The notes under the pieces are model-generated. The model was not told the DNA's origin, did not search any database, and was given only the letters and a program-made list of their open reading frames with translations. Positions 1 through 12,496 of a DNA stretch of 52,427 nucleotides are shown one piece after another; the first letter of the stretch is position 1; every line of letters begins with the position of its first letter. A program made the translations under genes and the position numbers. Origin of the DNA: Octopus sinensis (lineage: Eukaryota); NCBI RefSeq assembly GCF_006345805.1, contig NW_021833954.1:1-52427 (forward strand). Direction: 5' to 3'.

Positions 1-224
1 TTAATACGGTTTTAAGCATTTAAAATCTGCTCAACTCTAAGGCGACGAATGAAGAAATGTGAGCGCAAAACCTGTTTCGTCATCTCATTAATAAAAACCA
101 GAACAGTAGTGTTGTCTCATGATGTGGACATAGAGTAGATGCCCGGGGAGTCACGAGTGCAGAAACTCAATGTCTATCTGTGCAATGTTGTGGCTTCCTG
201 TCGATATATAAATGTTCTATGCCA

Positions 225-541
225 AAAAAGACTGGCACTCCGTCGGTTACGACGACGAGGGTTCCAGTTGATCCCGATCAACAGAACAGCATACCCGTGA
301 AATTAACGTGCAGATGGCTGAGAACTCCAGAGACACACGTACTGTTAACGTATTTCTCTGAGAGATTCAGTGTTACACAGAATGTGACAAGGCTGGCCCT
401 TTGAAATACAAGTAACAATTCATATTTGCCAGCTGACTGGACTGGAGCGACGTGCAATAAAGCACACAACGCGCCGTCGGGAATTGAACTCACGACCTTA
501 CGATCCTGAGCCGAATGCCCTAACCACTAAGTCACGCGCCC
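225..541 (-). mobile_element. tRNA-derived SINE, type D head with tail shared with SINE-C copies
   Basis: Minus strand begins GGCGCGTGACTTAGTGGTTAGGGCATTCGG...GAGTTCAATTCCC (A/B-box like). Tail matches 6198-6390 and 13100-13285. Confidence 0.85.
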
Positions 542-703
542 TCACCCGGGGAATAAGAAATACAAGCGTTAAGACTAGTCTGCGGTGGAAAGACAAGGGT
601 TTCCATATTATTGATAGGAAGGGTTGGTATTTGGTGTCATGAGGACTGCGACTTCAGATCACGTAATCGAAAAGGAAAAGAGGGCAGGGGGTGGTCATGA
701 ATA

Positions 704-1093
704 CACTCTTTACTCTTTACTACTTTACTCTTTTACTCTTTAACTTGATTCAGTCATCTGTCTACGGCAATCGACCCCAGGACTTATTCTTTGTAAGCCT
801 AGTACTTATTCTCTCGTTCCCATTTGCCGAACCGCTAAGTTACGGGAACTTAAACACACCAGCATCGGTTGTCAAGCGATGTTTGGTGGGGGGGGGGCAA
901 ACACAGACACACAAACATATATATACATATATACGACGGGCTTCTTTCAGTTTCCGTTTTCCAAACCCACTCACAAGGCTTTGGTCGGCCCGAAGCTATA
1001 GTAGAAGACACTTGCCCCAAGGTGCCACGCAGTGGGACTGAACCCGGAACCATGTGGTTGGTAAGCAAGCTACTTACCACACAGCCTCTCCTG
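704..1093 (-). mobile_element. SINE-A (tRNA-like head, internal microsatellite, GTAAAAGA-repeat tail)
   Basis: GGCTGTGTGGTAAGTAGCTTGCTTACCAACCACATGGTTCCGGGTTCAGTCCC head; same family at more than 10 sites in the window. Confidence 0.9.
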
Positions 1094-1664
1094 AGAAATT
1101 TTAATCAAAAATAAAAATTTTTTCTAAAAGGGCCAAATTAAAAATACACAAGTTTTGTATGACATATCTTGAACTACATAATCCACTGACTCCCTTATAT
1201 CTCAAGACGGTAGGCGGTGATATGAGAGAAATTTAGCTGCTATTTTCTTCTTTTCCTTTTTTGCGTTGTATAGCAACCACGTTGAAGTTTTCGAATCAAC
1301 TCATCGTTATTCCCCCCCCCCCACTTCCCTTTACGGTAAATTTGGAAGGGCGTAAAAGTGGGAGCTTGTAAAATGCTGGTACGGGCGTTGATGTTGATGG
1401 CGGCGGCAGTGATTGCCGTCGCTGTCGTGGTGGAATTCGTATTGATGGTAGAGAAATATTTGGCGTCAGGGATACTGAATGGGAATGGATATGAAGCGAT
1501 GAGGGAGCAGTTTGAGAACTAAAATATGCTCTCACTCACATTAAGACCCCAATACTACAAACCCTTTTAAACAACGTCAGGGATGTAAAAACATCTGTCC
1601 CGTGGTATCCCAGGTATTTAATTCACTAAGTCACGGTTGTTACTCTCTTTCCCCCCACTTATGC

Positions 1665-1703
<39 letters not shown>

Positions 1704-1851
1704 GTCTGTTTCGCTCTCTCACGGTTTTCTTCCCAAATTACCTACACACATGCACGTACGTTATCGTACATACATATAATTATATATGTGCGTGCGTGCG
1801 TACGGATATACCGATATGAAATGTTTATAATTTATAGTCTGAGCATGTGTA

Positions 1852-1854
<3 letters not shown>

Positions 1855-1915
<61 letters not shown>

Positions 1916-2005
1916 ATATATATATATTATTGATAGGAAGGGTTGGTATTATATATTATATATATTATATATATATATTATATTATATATATATATATAT
2001 ATATA

Positions 2006-2037
<32 letters not shown>

Positions 2038-2481
2038 TATATATATACAACATATATATGATCCATGGACTCTCGAGAATCACGGATGCCTACTATTATA
2101 GAATCATAATATAGAGATAGGTTATATATTATATATATATAATCTAATATGATATGTAGATATATATATATATATGTATATTATATATGTATATGATATA
2201 TATGTATATATATATATATGTATATATATAGTATATATGTATATTATATAGATATATAGTATATATAGATATGGTATAGATATATATATATAGGTATCTA
2301 TAGATATATATTATATATATTATATATATGTAAATATATTATATATATATAGATAGTTATATATATGTAGATATATAACATACCATATATAGAGTGTATA
2401 TATTACATAATAATATACATGTGTATATAATAGATATATGTTATAATATATAATATGTATACTATATACATATATATATAT

Positions 2482-2532
<51 letters not shown>
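1855..2532. repeat. Long degenerate (TA)n microsatellite with small inserts
   Basis: Direct inspection. Confidence 0.95.
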
Positions 2533-2789
2533 AAATACAAACTGGGACAAGAACGCAAAACATTTAGAAGCACCTTCAGTCTTCAGTCAAGAACCGGATC
2601 ATCCTCATGTATATAAATTTATATAAATAAGGATAAGATCGATATTTGAATATCAGTCTTATCAAGTGGCTAGCATGGGAATAAAAACCTTACAGCGGTA
2701 ATAATCTTTTAAAATTTAAAATTACTACCCTAAATTATATACCTGTATATGTATACATACATACACTAATACATACATACATACATACA

Positions 2790-2820
<31 letters not shown>

Positions 2821-3363
2821 GTATGTATGGTTTGACCTAGGTTTATTCCAACGGATTTTGTCGTCGGCCTTCACCCACTCTGACGTCACGCATATGAGAG
2901 ACAGTTTTGGCCATTTTTACCATGGGCTCCTAGGGAAGCGTTTTGTTCGACAAAGCTTGCTGCGCATTTGTTTTGAGATTTTAAATTCCTGGATTTTCCT
3001 GAAGAGAGAGCTGCAGAATGGTCTCCTTATTCAATCCGAATTTGGGAATTTGCAGCCTTTGAAACATGTGTAGAAAATAATAAAAGGAATTTTGTAGAAT
3101 CTTCGTTCGGCTCCATTTCTTCCCTTCACTAAATATATAAAACTTCAATTATCCGCGCTAAAGCACGGGGGAGAAACCCCATGGTCGTAACCTCAACCGT
3201 ATCTTTTTGGTGTGATTTTGCTACACAGGTATCGGTTAAATTTTGAATAATCCGTAACAGATAATTCATTTATCCATTCATTATCCACACAACACCCACA
3301 CCACACACACATATATCTATATATATATATATATATATATATTATTATATATATATATACATA

Positions 3364-3459
3364 TAGTCAATCCAAACATGAACCAAGCAAGAAAAAAGAA
3401 CAACGCGAGGAGGTGGAATAAGTACAGTGTTATTGGACGCCCAGGAAAGAAAGAAAACA
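3364..3459 (-). mobile_element. Fragment of hammerhead-bearing repeat family HA (truncated before the ribozyme)
   Basis: Matches 5760-5860, 45735-45830 and the reverse complement of 4185-4270; flanked by (TA)n. Confidence 0.75.
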
Positions 3460-3485
3460 TATATATATATATATTTAGATATATA

Positions 3486-3555
<70 letters not shown>

Positions 3556-3639
3556 TAAATAATAACAATCCTACCATGGTCTATATAAATATTTTAATGC
3601 ATGGCTACGCGCGTTTCCACTCTTAAATTCCATCCAAGG

Positions 3640-3649
3640 ATTATTATTA

Positions 3650-3695
<46 letters not shown>
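3640..3695. repeat. (ATT)n microsatellite
   Basis: Direct inspection. Confidence 0.95.
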
Positions 3696-3862
3696 GCTCT
3701 ATTTATCCTACTTTATATCGGCACAGCTCGGTGCGACCCTACAAAAAGAAACTGGTATCGTCAGTTGACATCTCTGGGTTGTACTCGGCGTAATAGAATA
3801 GGGACTTTTATATGTATATCCAAAATGCTTCCCGCAAACGAACGTAAAGGATATATATATAT

Positions 3863-4057
3863 GTCTGTGTTTGTTCCCAAAACATCGCTCGACAACCGAT
3901 GCTGATGTGTTTACGTCCCCGTAACTTAGCGGTTCGGCAAAAGGGATCGATTGAATAAGTACTAGGCTTACAAAGAATAAGTTCTGGGGTCGATTTGCTC
4001 GACTAAAGGCGGTGCTCCAGCATGGCCACAGTCAAATGACAAACAAATAAAAGAGTA
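3863..4057 (+). mobile_element. SINE-A 3' half
   Basis: CCCCGTAACTTAGCGGTTCGGCAAAAG...GGCGGTGCTCCAGCATGGCC. Confidence 0.85.
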
Positions 4058-4061
4058 ATGA

Positions 4062-4092
<31 letters not shown>

Positions 4093-4099
4093 ATATATA

Positions 4100-4270
4100 T
4101 TCCTCTGTCTTCCCTCCTCGAGATCTTTCCTTTTCTTATGTTTCCGACGAAGAGCTCCGCTCGAAAAGTTAACCCTCCTTCTTCCCTTCTTTCCTGAGCG
4201 TCCAATAATACTTTATTTGTTCCACGTCCTTGCGTTGTTGTGTTTTTTTGTTTTCTTGTTGGATTAACTA
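4100..4270 (+). mobile_element. Repeat family HA (Penelope-like pLTR or retrozyme-like) in (TA)n
   Basis: Four copies in the window; contains a hammerhead motif; flanked on both sides by (TA)n. Confidence 0.7.
4140..4174 (+). ncRNA. Minimal type-I hammerhead ribozyme (degenerate)
   Basis: gttt-CCGACGA-a-gagc(tcc)gctc-GAAA-agtt-aacc; family consensus gttt-CTGACGA-A-GAGC-TCC-GCTC-GAAACGTT-aaac. Confidence 0.6.
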
Positions 4271-4290
4271 TATATATATATATATACTAT

Positions 4291-4351
<61 letters not shown>

Positions 4352-4664
4352 AGTATGTATGTATGATTGTATGTATATAAGAGTTCTTATATCGATGATT
4401 GGCTACTACATGTTATCCTACAGTTGGGTATATTCCAGAGCTGAATACACATGTTGAACTCCTGTTGCCGAAAATATTCCTAGTATACAATAATTATAAA
4501 GAATAACCTTGTATAATGGTATATGAATATGAACTCGGCAACTTAAGCTGGTGTGCAGTGCAGAAACAAATATTGTGATCTCCTATTAGAGCCTGATATC
4601 CTCCATCCTTGGGTTATATTATTCTTCTACGTATGTGTGTGTGTGTGTATCAATAAAAAATAAA

Positions 4665-4845
4665 TGTTTCCTTCTCGAGCCATGCTAGATTCACAAGGGC
4701 TGGTTTCCCGGTTTCATGGCATATATATTTCTCACCTGGATGGGACACCGATCCGTTGCAGGATTACTCATTTTTGCCAGCTGAGAGGACTGGAGCAATA
4801 TGAAATGGCGGGTTTAGCTCAAGAACACAACGCATCAAACGGTCC
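4665..4845 (-). mobile_element. SINE-D body and tail fragment
   Basis: Core TTGAGC...TTGCTCCAGTCC.CTCAGCTGGCAAAAATGAGT on the minus strand; tail GCATGGCTCGAGAAGG. Confidence 0.7.
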
Positions 4846-4948
4846 ATTTACACACACACAGAGACACGCACACACACACACACATATATATATATATGAG
4901 TGTGTGTGTATATGTATGTGTATACACATATATATATATGTATATATT

Positions 4949-5107
4949 CCATATTTTAACGTGTATAAGGAACACTTTTTTTCAAAATTAGGCTTAAAAA
5001 TATAGGAGTTTCTAATACATAGATAGTATTATAATCCCTTACAAAACGTGTTTCCCAAATTTTAATCCTCCAAGATTAGGGGGTTCCTTATACACGTTAA
5101 AATACGG
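4949..5107. mobile_element. pogo/Tigger-like MITE
   Basis: TIRs CCATATTTTAACGTGTATAAGGAAC / GTTCCTTATACACGTTAAAATACGG; TA context. Confidence 0.75.
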
Positions 5108-5138
<31 letters not shown>

Positions 5139-5170
5139 ATGCATATGTATATATATATGCATATAGAGAA

Positions 5171-5201
<31 letters not shown>

Positions 5202-5259
5202 TATGTATATGTATGTATATGTGCGTGTATATGTATGTGTGTATGTATATGTATATACA

Positions 5260-5398
5260 TTTCTCTTATTCCTTTCTGTTGAAGAGCGTAGGCTCGAAAC
5301 GTAAAAGACTTTTTCGCTTTCCCGAGCGTCAAACTAATACACCTGCTTGTTATTCATACACCTGTCTTCGTCTTTTGTTTTTCTGTAAATTCCAACTA
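5260..5398 (+). mobile_element. Repeat family HB (hammerhead-bearing) in (TA)n
   Basis: Matches 47400-47550 and the fragment at 36187-36225. Confidence 0.7.
5272..5307 (+). ncRNA. Minimal type-I hammerhead ribozyme (core variant CUGUUGA)
   Basis: cttt-CTGTTGA-a-gagc(gtag)gctc-GAAA-CG-TA-aaag: stem I cttt/aaag, palindromic stem III ACGT, GUA triplet. Confidence 0.7.
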
Positions 5399-5638
5399 TA
5401 TATATATATAATATATATTATATATATACTATATATATATATATATATATATACATATATATACATATATATATTTACATGTTTGTGTGCGTGTGTAAGT
5501 ATATATATATATATACATACATATATATATATATATATGCATATGTATATATATATATACATATATATATACATATACATACATCATATATATATACTTA
5601 TACATACATATACATACACACATAAATATATATATATA

Positions 5639-5689
<51 letters not shown>

Positions 5690-5756
5690 ATATATATATA
5701 CTATATATATATATATATATATACTTACATACAAGACCAAAAAGGATATATATATA

Positions 5757-6197
5757 TGAAGTTTATCCAAACATGAAAACACATAGAGAAAACAACAACA
5801 ACGCGAGGACGTGGAAGAAGTATAGTGTTATTGGATGCTCGGGAAAGGAAAGAAAGAAGGGGAATTTAACGTTTCGAGGGGAGCTCTTCGTCATAAACAT
5901 AGGAAAAGGAAAGATCCAAGGAAGGGAAGACGGAGGAAAAAAATCGCCAACGGTACACACGCGGTCATAACATAGGTGAAGATTTGATTGAATCAAGTAC
6001 ATTAGTGGTAAACACCACATCGAGTGGAAAGATATAATGTGTACACAACAAAAGTAGAGGAATACTTATGCAGGTACCGAAGTATAGGCATAAAGATATT
6101 CAGGTTACGTATAGAATTAGCTGTACTTGACTCAGTATATCGTGAGTCCTACGGCTAATCTAGGAAACGCACGTTGCAGTAAATATACGATCCATAA
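5757..6197 (-). mobile_element. Longer copy of family HA, interrupted by SINE-C
   Basis: Homologous to 4100-4270 and 45730-45918; degenerate hammerhead at 5864-5898 on the minus strand. Confidence 0.65.
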
Positions 6198-6580
6198 GGA
6201 AAAAAGGAAGCACTCTTTCGGTTACGACGACGAGGGTTCCGGTTGATCCGATCAACGGAACAGCCTGCTCGTGAAATTAACGTGTAAGTGGCTGAGCACT
6301 CCACAGACATGTGTACCCTTACCGTAGTTCTCGGGGATATTCAGCGTGACACAGAGAGTGACAAGGCCGACCCTTTGAAATACAGGTACAACAGAAACAG
6401 GAAGTAAGAGAAAGTTGTGGTGAAAGAGTACAGCAGGGATCACCACCATCCCCTGCCGGAGCCTCGTGGAGCTTTAGGTGTTTTCGCTCAATAAACACTC
6501 ACAACGCCCGGTCTGGGAATCGAAACCGCGATCCTATGACCGCGAGTCCGCTGCCCTAACCACTTGGCCATTGCGCCTCC
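6198..6580 (-). mobile_element. Full-length SINE-C (tRNA-derived, reminiscent of octopus OR-type SINEs)
   Basis: Head GGAGGCGCAATGGCC..GTGGTTAGGGCAGCGG...GGTTTCGATTCCC; 13-bp TSD ATACGATCCATAA at 6185-6197 and 6581-6593. Confidence 0.92.
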
Positions 6581-6799
6581 ATACGATCCATAATATATGT
6601 ATAAATATGTGCGACATCTTAACTGTCATTTCCTTTAAATATTTCGTATTTCTTTAAGTGTCGCTCTGATAGTCACTTACAAAATTAGCAAAGCAAATAT
6701 TCACGATTGGACGTAGACAGAAACTGTTCCAAAGCCTGTAATATTAGGAAGTATAGATTAGAAGCAGTGGTATAGCTACAGTGTGTTACTGCCTGGCGC

Positions 6800-7064
6800 A
6801 ACCCTTGAGTTGAAAGGTAGGAGAGTCCAGTTTGCTGGACATTGTTGTAGAGCTGAAAAAGAAGTAATTTCTACTCTTCTCCTCTGGAAGCCATCTACTC
6901 GCAATACCAGAGGGCGCACACTCTCCTACCCTGATGTAATCTCCAGGGATACAGGCATCCAGCAACAGGACCTCCATAATGCTATGATGGACCGTGAAGT
7001 CTGGCGTAACATAGTAAATTCCATTGTCTCGACCACGGTCGAACAATGATGAATGATGATGATG
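6800..7064 (+). mobile_element. RTE-like LINE 3' end (ORF C-terminus plus (TGA)n tail)
   Basis: RRVQFAGHCCR...LLLWKP...RGR.LSYPDVISRDTG...AMMDREVWR is typical of the RTE/RTE-X C-terminus; followed by TGATGA repeats. Confidence 0.8.
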
Positions 7065-7690
7065 AGTTTGCACCCTCACCCGGGTCCTCAGTCCTATACC
7101 GGTACGTACAGCTAACCCAAAAGTCAACCTCCATAAAAGTGTTTCCCAAAGCAGCTTGCCTTGCCCACGAGCTGTGCAACCGATTCAAGAGAGAAAAGAA
7201 TGAACAGTTCCGCTTCAATATTGATGCTTCCACATACTCTAAGAACTGACATCGAGAAAGAGATAAGCAACGATGTGCACGGCTCATTGTCTGGGCCTCT
7301 CTACATACAAATATCACGAAGAAAGAAACTGATAGATAATAAGCAGATAATAAGCATCTCCCGTTTCTGATGCTCTCTAGCATTTGATGATCAAACATCA
7401 AAATCTGCTGAACAAAAAAGAAAAACAAACAATCCAAGCTCCAAGCATTGTGAAGAAAAGCCACTATCTCAAAGGTAAGCACCATTTACTGTAGCCAACA
7501 TGCTAAGTTCTGCATTCGACGCCAGAGAGAGCATGGAGTGTCATTTTAGTGCAGTGGTGATTGCTTTTATGTCTGCTGTGTGTTACGCTGTGGTTTAAAG
7601 AAGTGGAAAACTGAAACACCATAGACCCTACTAGATGATCAAAGATGACGTAGATTTTGGATATCTTTTGGAGAAAGTATCATACATAGC

Positions 7691-8008
7691 GGAGGCACAA
7701 TGGCCCAGTGGTTAGGGCAGCGGACTCGCGGTCGGAGGATCGCGGTTTCGATTCTCAGACCGAGCGTTGTGTGTTTATTGAGCGAAAACACCTAAAGCTC
7801 CACTAGGCTCCGGTAGGGAGTGGTGGCGATCCCTATTGTACTCTTTCGCCCCAACTTTCTCTCACTCTTTCTTCCTGTTTCTTGAGTAAAGCTGCGATGG
7901 ACCGGCGTCCCGTCCAGCTAGTGGTGATGGTTGAAACAAATACGCCACAGAAACCGGGAAACCGGGCCCATGAGCCTGGCTAGGCTTGAAAAGAGCGCAT
8001 AAAAAAAC
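7691..8008 (+). mobile_element. Full-length SINE-C, alternative tail
   Basis: 10-bp TSD CATACATAGC at 7681-7690 and 8009-8018; short A tail. Confidence 0.9.
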
Positions 8009-8073
8009 CATACATAGCAGAAGTGGTCTTCGTGCCAAAGTTAAGGTGCAAGGACAGGTAGGCATACTGCATT

Positions 8074-8429
8074 ACTTGTTGAGGTTATCTCTGGAGATAT
8101 TCTATAGCCGGCACTGATTCGTATCCGAGACGTCAGATGTAAACAAGCAATGAGATCGAAGATGCCTCATTCTTGGGGTTTTGGCAGTGTTTTGCAAAAC
8201 AACGAGATCGAAGATGAAAAGGGGGTAATGGGCGTGTATGCCATATTTCGGGGGTTTTGTGGGATTTTTGCAAAACCCCACGAAATATGGCATATACACC
8301 CGTTAACATTTTTCCATCTTCGATCTCATTGTTTGTTAACATCTGATTTCTCGGATACGAAACGTCGGAACAAAATTCAGTACTGGCTATAATTTCTATT
8401 GAATATCTGCAGAGATAACCTTAACAAGT
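8074..8429. mobile_element. Foldback/palindromic MITE
   Basis: ACTTGTTGAGGTTATCTCTGGAGATATTC / GAATATCTGCAGAGATAACCTTAACAAGT, with inverted symmetry continuing inward. Confidence 0.75.
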
Positions 8430-8497
8430 GATGTAAGAGCACTGCTAACACAGTAGAACACGGTATTGACTTATAAAATCATTTAATATACTTTATA

Positions 8498-9063
8498 TTG
8501 GGTTGTCCGGAAAGTTCGTGCCGATTTATAGTAACTTACATTTCGACTTATTTTAGAACATGGTAGAGTCCATAAAATAGGATTTGACTACACCTCCATT
8601 TACAGCACAGTTTAAGCTATCTTTTCGTGGAAGAAGGTTTATGTTCCTATAACCTGTGTTAATTTTGTAACCCTTCAAAATGGAAGATAAGAAAGTTCAT
8701 TTTCGGCACTTGATACTTTGGGAACCAAACAAAAATTGCTGCAGTTTGGCTGGGATGTGTTACCCCACCCTCCATATTTACCAGATATTGCTCCTTTGGA
8801 TTTCCACTTATTCAGGTATCTGCAGAATAGTCTTAATGGTAAAAATTTAAATTCCTTGGATGACGTAAAAAGATACCTTGAAGAATTCTTTGCCATGAAA
8901 CCACCTCAATTCTGGGAAGAGGGTATTTTCAAGTTAAAAGAAAGATGGAGACGCATTGTGCAACAAAATATTTCATATTTGGTTGATTAAAAATGTAATG
9001 GCAAGTATTTATTGACCTTTTTCCTTTCTTTAAAAATCGGCACGAACTTTCCGGACAACCCAA
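8498..9063 (+). mobile_element. Internally deleted mariner transposon
   Basis: Matching TIRs TTGGGTTGTCCGGAAAGTTCGTGCCGATTT; TA TSDs; N-terminus MEDKKVHFRHLILW (ATG 8680) joined out of frame to the C-terminus VLPHPPYLPDIAPLDFHLF...RW (mariner YSPDLAPSDF motif). Confidence 0.93.
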
Positions 9064-9574
9064 TAGTATATTACGATTGCATAACGAAATACCACGTGCC
9101 TACAAGTCATTAGCATATAGCATTGGATCATTCTCTTATCAAGTCATTAAGTTACTGCAATTTTTGCAAATTTTCTTTGTTGGAAATATGCCCAAATCAG
9201 GAGAATACCGTCATGATTATAAGAAACAAATCAGATTTGATTTAGTACAGCGGCTCCAGGCAAAGATCCGTAACACAAATTATTTTAAGAATGCACTTGA
9301 AATTGATCCTACTGTGAACTTCCGGATATAGAATTGATCACATCTTGGTCGATTCAATAAATCAGCCGGCAATAAAATTGACTTGATCATGAATGACCAG
9401 GAGCATGGCGAAGCAGATATTTGTAAGAACACTTTGGAAAAGCAACATTAAGGGAGATAAGTGGTACTTGCAGATTATGCGATATTCCCCCGAATTTTTA
9501 GACATTCCGGGAAATATAAATCTGTATCATGTATGGATTGTTAAACATACTACTTCATTAAACTTTTTTTTTTT

Positions 9575-9700
9575 TTTTTTTTATATTTGCTTCAGTCATC
9601 GGATTTCGGCCATCATTTGGCACCGCCTTGAAAGGTTTTGTCGAAAAAATCGACTCCATTTCATATTTTTAAAGTCTGGTATTTATTATATCAGTCTCTT
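9575..9700 (-). mobile_element. Degenerate SINE-A 3' fragment
   Basis: TTCAGTCAT...GGCCAT...GCACCGCCTTGAA. Confidence 0.6.
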
Positions 9701-9773
9701 ATACATACATACATACATACATACATACATACATACATACATTCATACATACATACATACATACATACATACA

Positions 9774-9832
<59 letters not shown>

Positions 9833-11015
9833 ATACGAAGTGTTTCTGTTTACTAGATTCGCTTACAATAATACTATAATCGATTCTACCAACTCGCTGT
9901 TGACATTGACGCTAAGGTGGAGTCAGAAAGGTTATTTTATATAACAGACACCATATTACGTGTGAACTCATATATTTATCTAAGAGATGCAATCAGCAAT
10001 GATAGCGGAAGAGAATCAGTCAGTTATATGTTCTTCCAGCTAGTTTCACAGGAAGTGAAAGATACATGCATGAAATAACTCAGAATACGGTGGCCTATAT
10101 CAGAATTTATGGAAGGTTTAAATTTCTTCGTCTTTATTTGTAACCCAGCTTAGAAAGGAGTGAATAATGCGTTCTTCCTATGACGCTCTGCTAAAGACCA
10201 GTACGTTTTACTGGCCAGAGGTTTTCGACAAAAGTACATCTAAATGTTTCACCTCATAACGAAGTATAGCAAGATAGCACTGCACGATGTGCACCATAGA
10301 GTGACAAAAACATACTTCCTTCATCAGTTTATTAATAAAACCTTAATTCAGATCAAATAGACTAAATTATATCAGCAGATCTTTCAAATCCTATAAATAG
10401 CAACAGAAAAATAAGAGCACCAAACGAACAATGGTTTGTGTTATATGTAGGATCCTAACCTCAACACTTCTTTATATGAAAAATAATCAATTGTCGAAAT
10501 GTTTCCGAGAAAACTGACTAGTGAACAGATATATTCACTATACATACAAAGTAGATGACTAAACAATGAAGGATTTTTAACCAAGATAAAAATGAGAAAT
10601 AGTCATGATATTGAGATTGGCAACTGACGAGTCGTGTTTTACTGCCAGCATTAGTCAAACGTCTTTAATGCAGATATTAAAGTTGGGTTTTGTCCTCTGT
10701 CAAGTCAAATATGTGTGCAGGGGTTATGAACAAGGACTCTGATGTCATAATGTATGTGTTTTGAAACCGACCGACATACGCATGCGTGCATAAAAACACT
10801 AAGGAGACCCAGTTCCTTGTGAATGTATATTCATAACACTGAAATATTCTAACGCATTTTTGGAATGCTAATTCATGAACGCACCACTGGAAAATGAATG
10901 AAGAGTGTACTTTATCGAAAAACATGGTTTGCAACAGAAACTAGCTCTAAAATATATTTTATCATATTGTAATATATGTAACCTACTTGCACTAAGGATG
11001 AAACAACAACTAGAG

Positions 11016-11558
11016 TGGAGGCGCAATAGCCCAGTGATTAGGGCAGCGGACTCGTGGTCGTAAGAACGCGGTTTCGATTCCCAGACCGGACATTTTGAGT
11101 GTTTATCGAGCAAAAACACCTAAACTTCACGAAGCTCTGGTGGTGGGTGGGGAAACCCCGCTGTACTTTTTCACCACAATTTTCTCTCACTCTTTCTTCC
11201 TACTTCTGCCACAAAGCAGAGGAACCTTGGTGTAACCCACTATGGTGTGGTAAACTTTCAGACTCTAGTCTAGATTGCGAATCCTCTGTATCCCAGGATG
11301 GTTTTGCTCTCCATCCGTTAAAAAGACACCGTTTACGGAATGAGGATAACAACGTAGCTTTCGCGCCCGTGCAACCGCCAGTCTATCGCGTGTGGTGGGT
11401 GGATCTTCAAGTTGCCACACGCATTCTTAGTAGCTTAGAGTAGGCTCGAATTAGAGATTATTCTTTGTGGCTAATGGTGTGAGTCCTGATTGGAAGAAGA
11501 AGAAGAAGAAGAAGAAGAAGAAGAAGAAGAAGAAGAAGAAGAAGAGAAGACGACGACG
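11016..11558 (+). mobile_element. SINE-C head with a long alternative tail ending in (GAA)n
   Basis: TSD ACAACTAGAG at 11006-11015 and 11559-11568. Confidence 0.8.
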
Positions 11559-11863
11559 ACAACTAGAGACACTTTCAAAGACAATTTAATCTTCAGTCAA
11601 AATCATTGTCGTGCTGTTTGACAAGGGCTGTGTTCTCGAATCAAAGACACGACCCCTCAGTGAAACTCCGCAGAATTTCCGTCGCGTCGTTTTCACTTAT
11701 AAGGCTTGAACCTACCCAAATCCATGATAGAAATAGTTGTCCAAGATGCTGTGCAATTCAAACGAATCTGGAACACTTAAACGCATCCTTACAGACGGTC
11801 AGGCGACTCTGAAAATTCGTTGCATCTGTCTGTTTGTATGTCTCTCTCACTCTCTCTCTCACG

Positions 11864-11894
<31 letters not shown>

Positions 11895-11999
11895 TTCTCT
11901 CTTTCTATATACACAAATACACACACACGCACGCACGCGTTCACGAACGCACGCATACACGAACGCACGCACGCACAAAACACACATAGATAGATAGAT

Positions 12000-12465
12000 A
12001 CTCTTTAACTTGTTTCAGTCATGTGATAGGGGCCATGCTGGAGCACTGCCTTTAGTCGAGCAAATCGACCCCAGGACTTATTCTTTGTAAGCCTAGTACT
12101 TATTCTATCGGTCTCTTTTGCCGAACCGCTAAGTTACGGGGACGTAAACACACCAGCATAGGTTGTGAAGCGATGTTGGGGGAACAAACACACACACACA
12201 CACACACACCACACACACACACATATATATATATTTCTTTACTACCCAGAAGGGGCTAAACATAGAGGGGACAAACAAGGACAGACAAAGGGATTAAGTC
12301 GATTATATCGACCCCAGTGCGTAACTGGTACTTTATTTATCGACCCCGAAAGGATGAAAGGCAAAGTCAACCTCGGCGGAATTTGAACTCGGAACGTAAC
12401 GACAGACGAAATACGGCTGCGCATTTCGCCCGACGTGCTAACGTTTCTGCCAGCTCGCCGCCATA

Positions 12466-12496
<31 letters not shown>

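Noticed and set aside
2830-3290. Possible Helentron/HINE-like element (hairpin CCGCGCTAAAGCACGGG)
   Set aside because: Single copy in the window and termini not definable.
1602-6020. Numerous YI/HT/VC-rich ORFs here and throughout the window
   Set aside because: Translations of (TA)n, (CA)n and (TATG)n microsatellites.
6500-6580. tRNA gene
   Set aside because: tRNA-derived SINE head continuing into a SINE body with TSDs; no complete cloverleaf.
7064-7680. Possible decayed transposase or host exon
   Set aside because: Broken frames and no motif that I can identify.
9077-10990. Non-repetitive stretch with short ORFs
   Set aside because: No recognisable domain or convincing splice structure; left unannotated.
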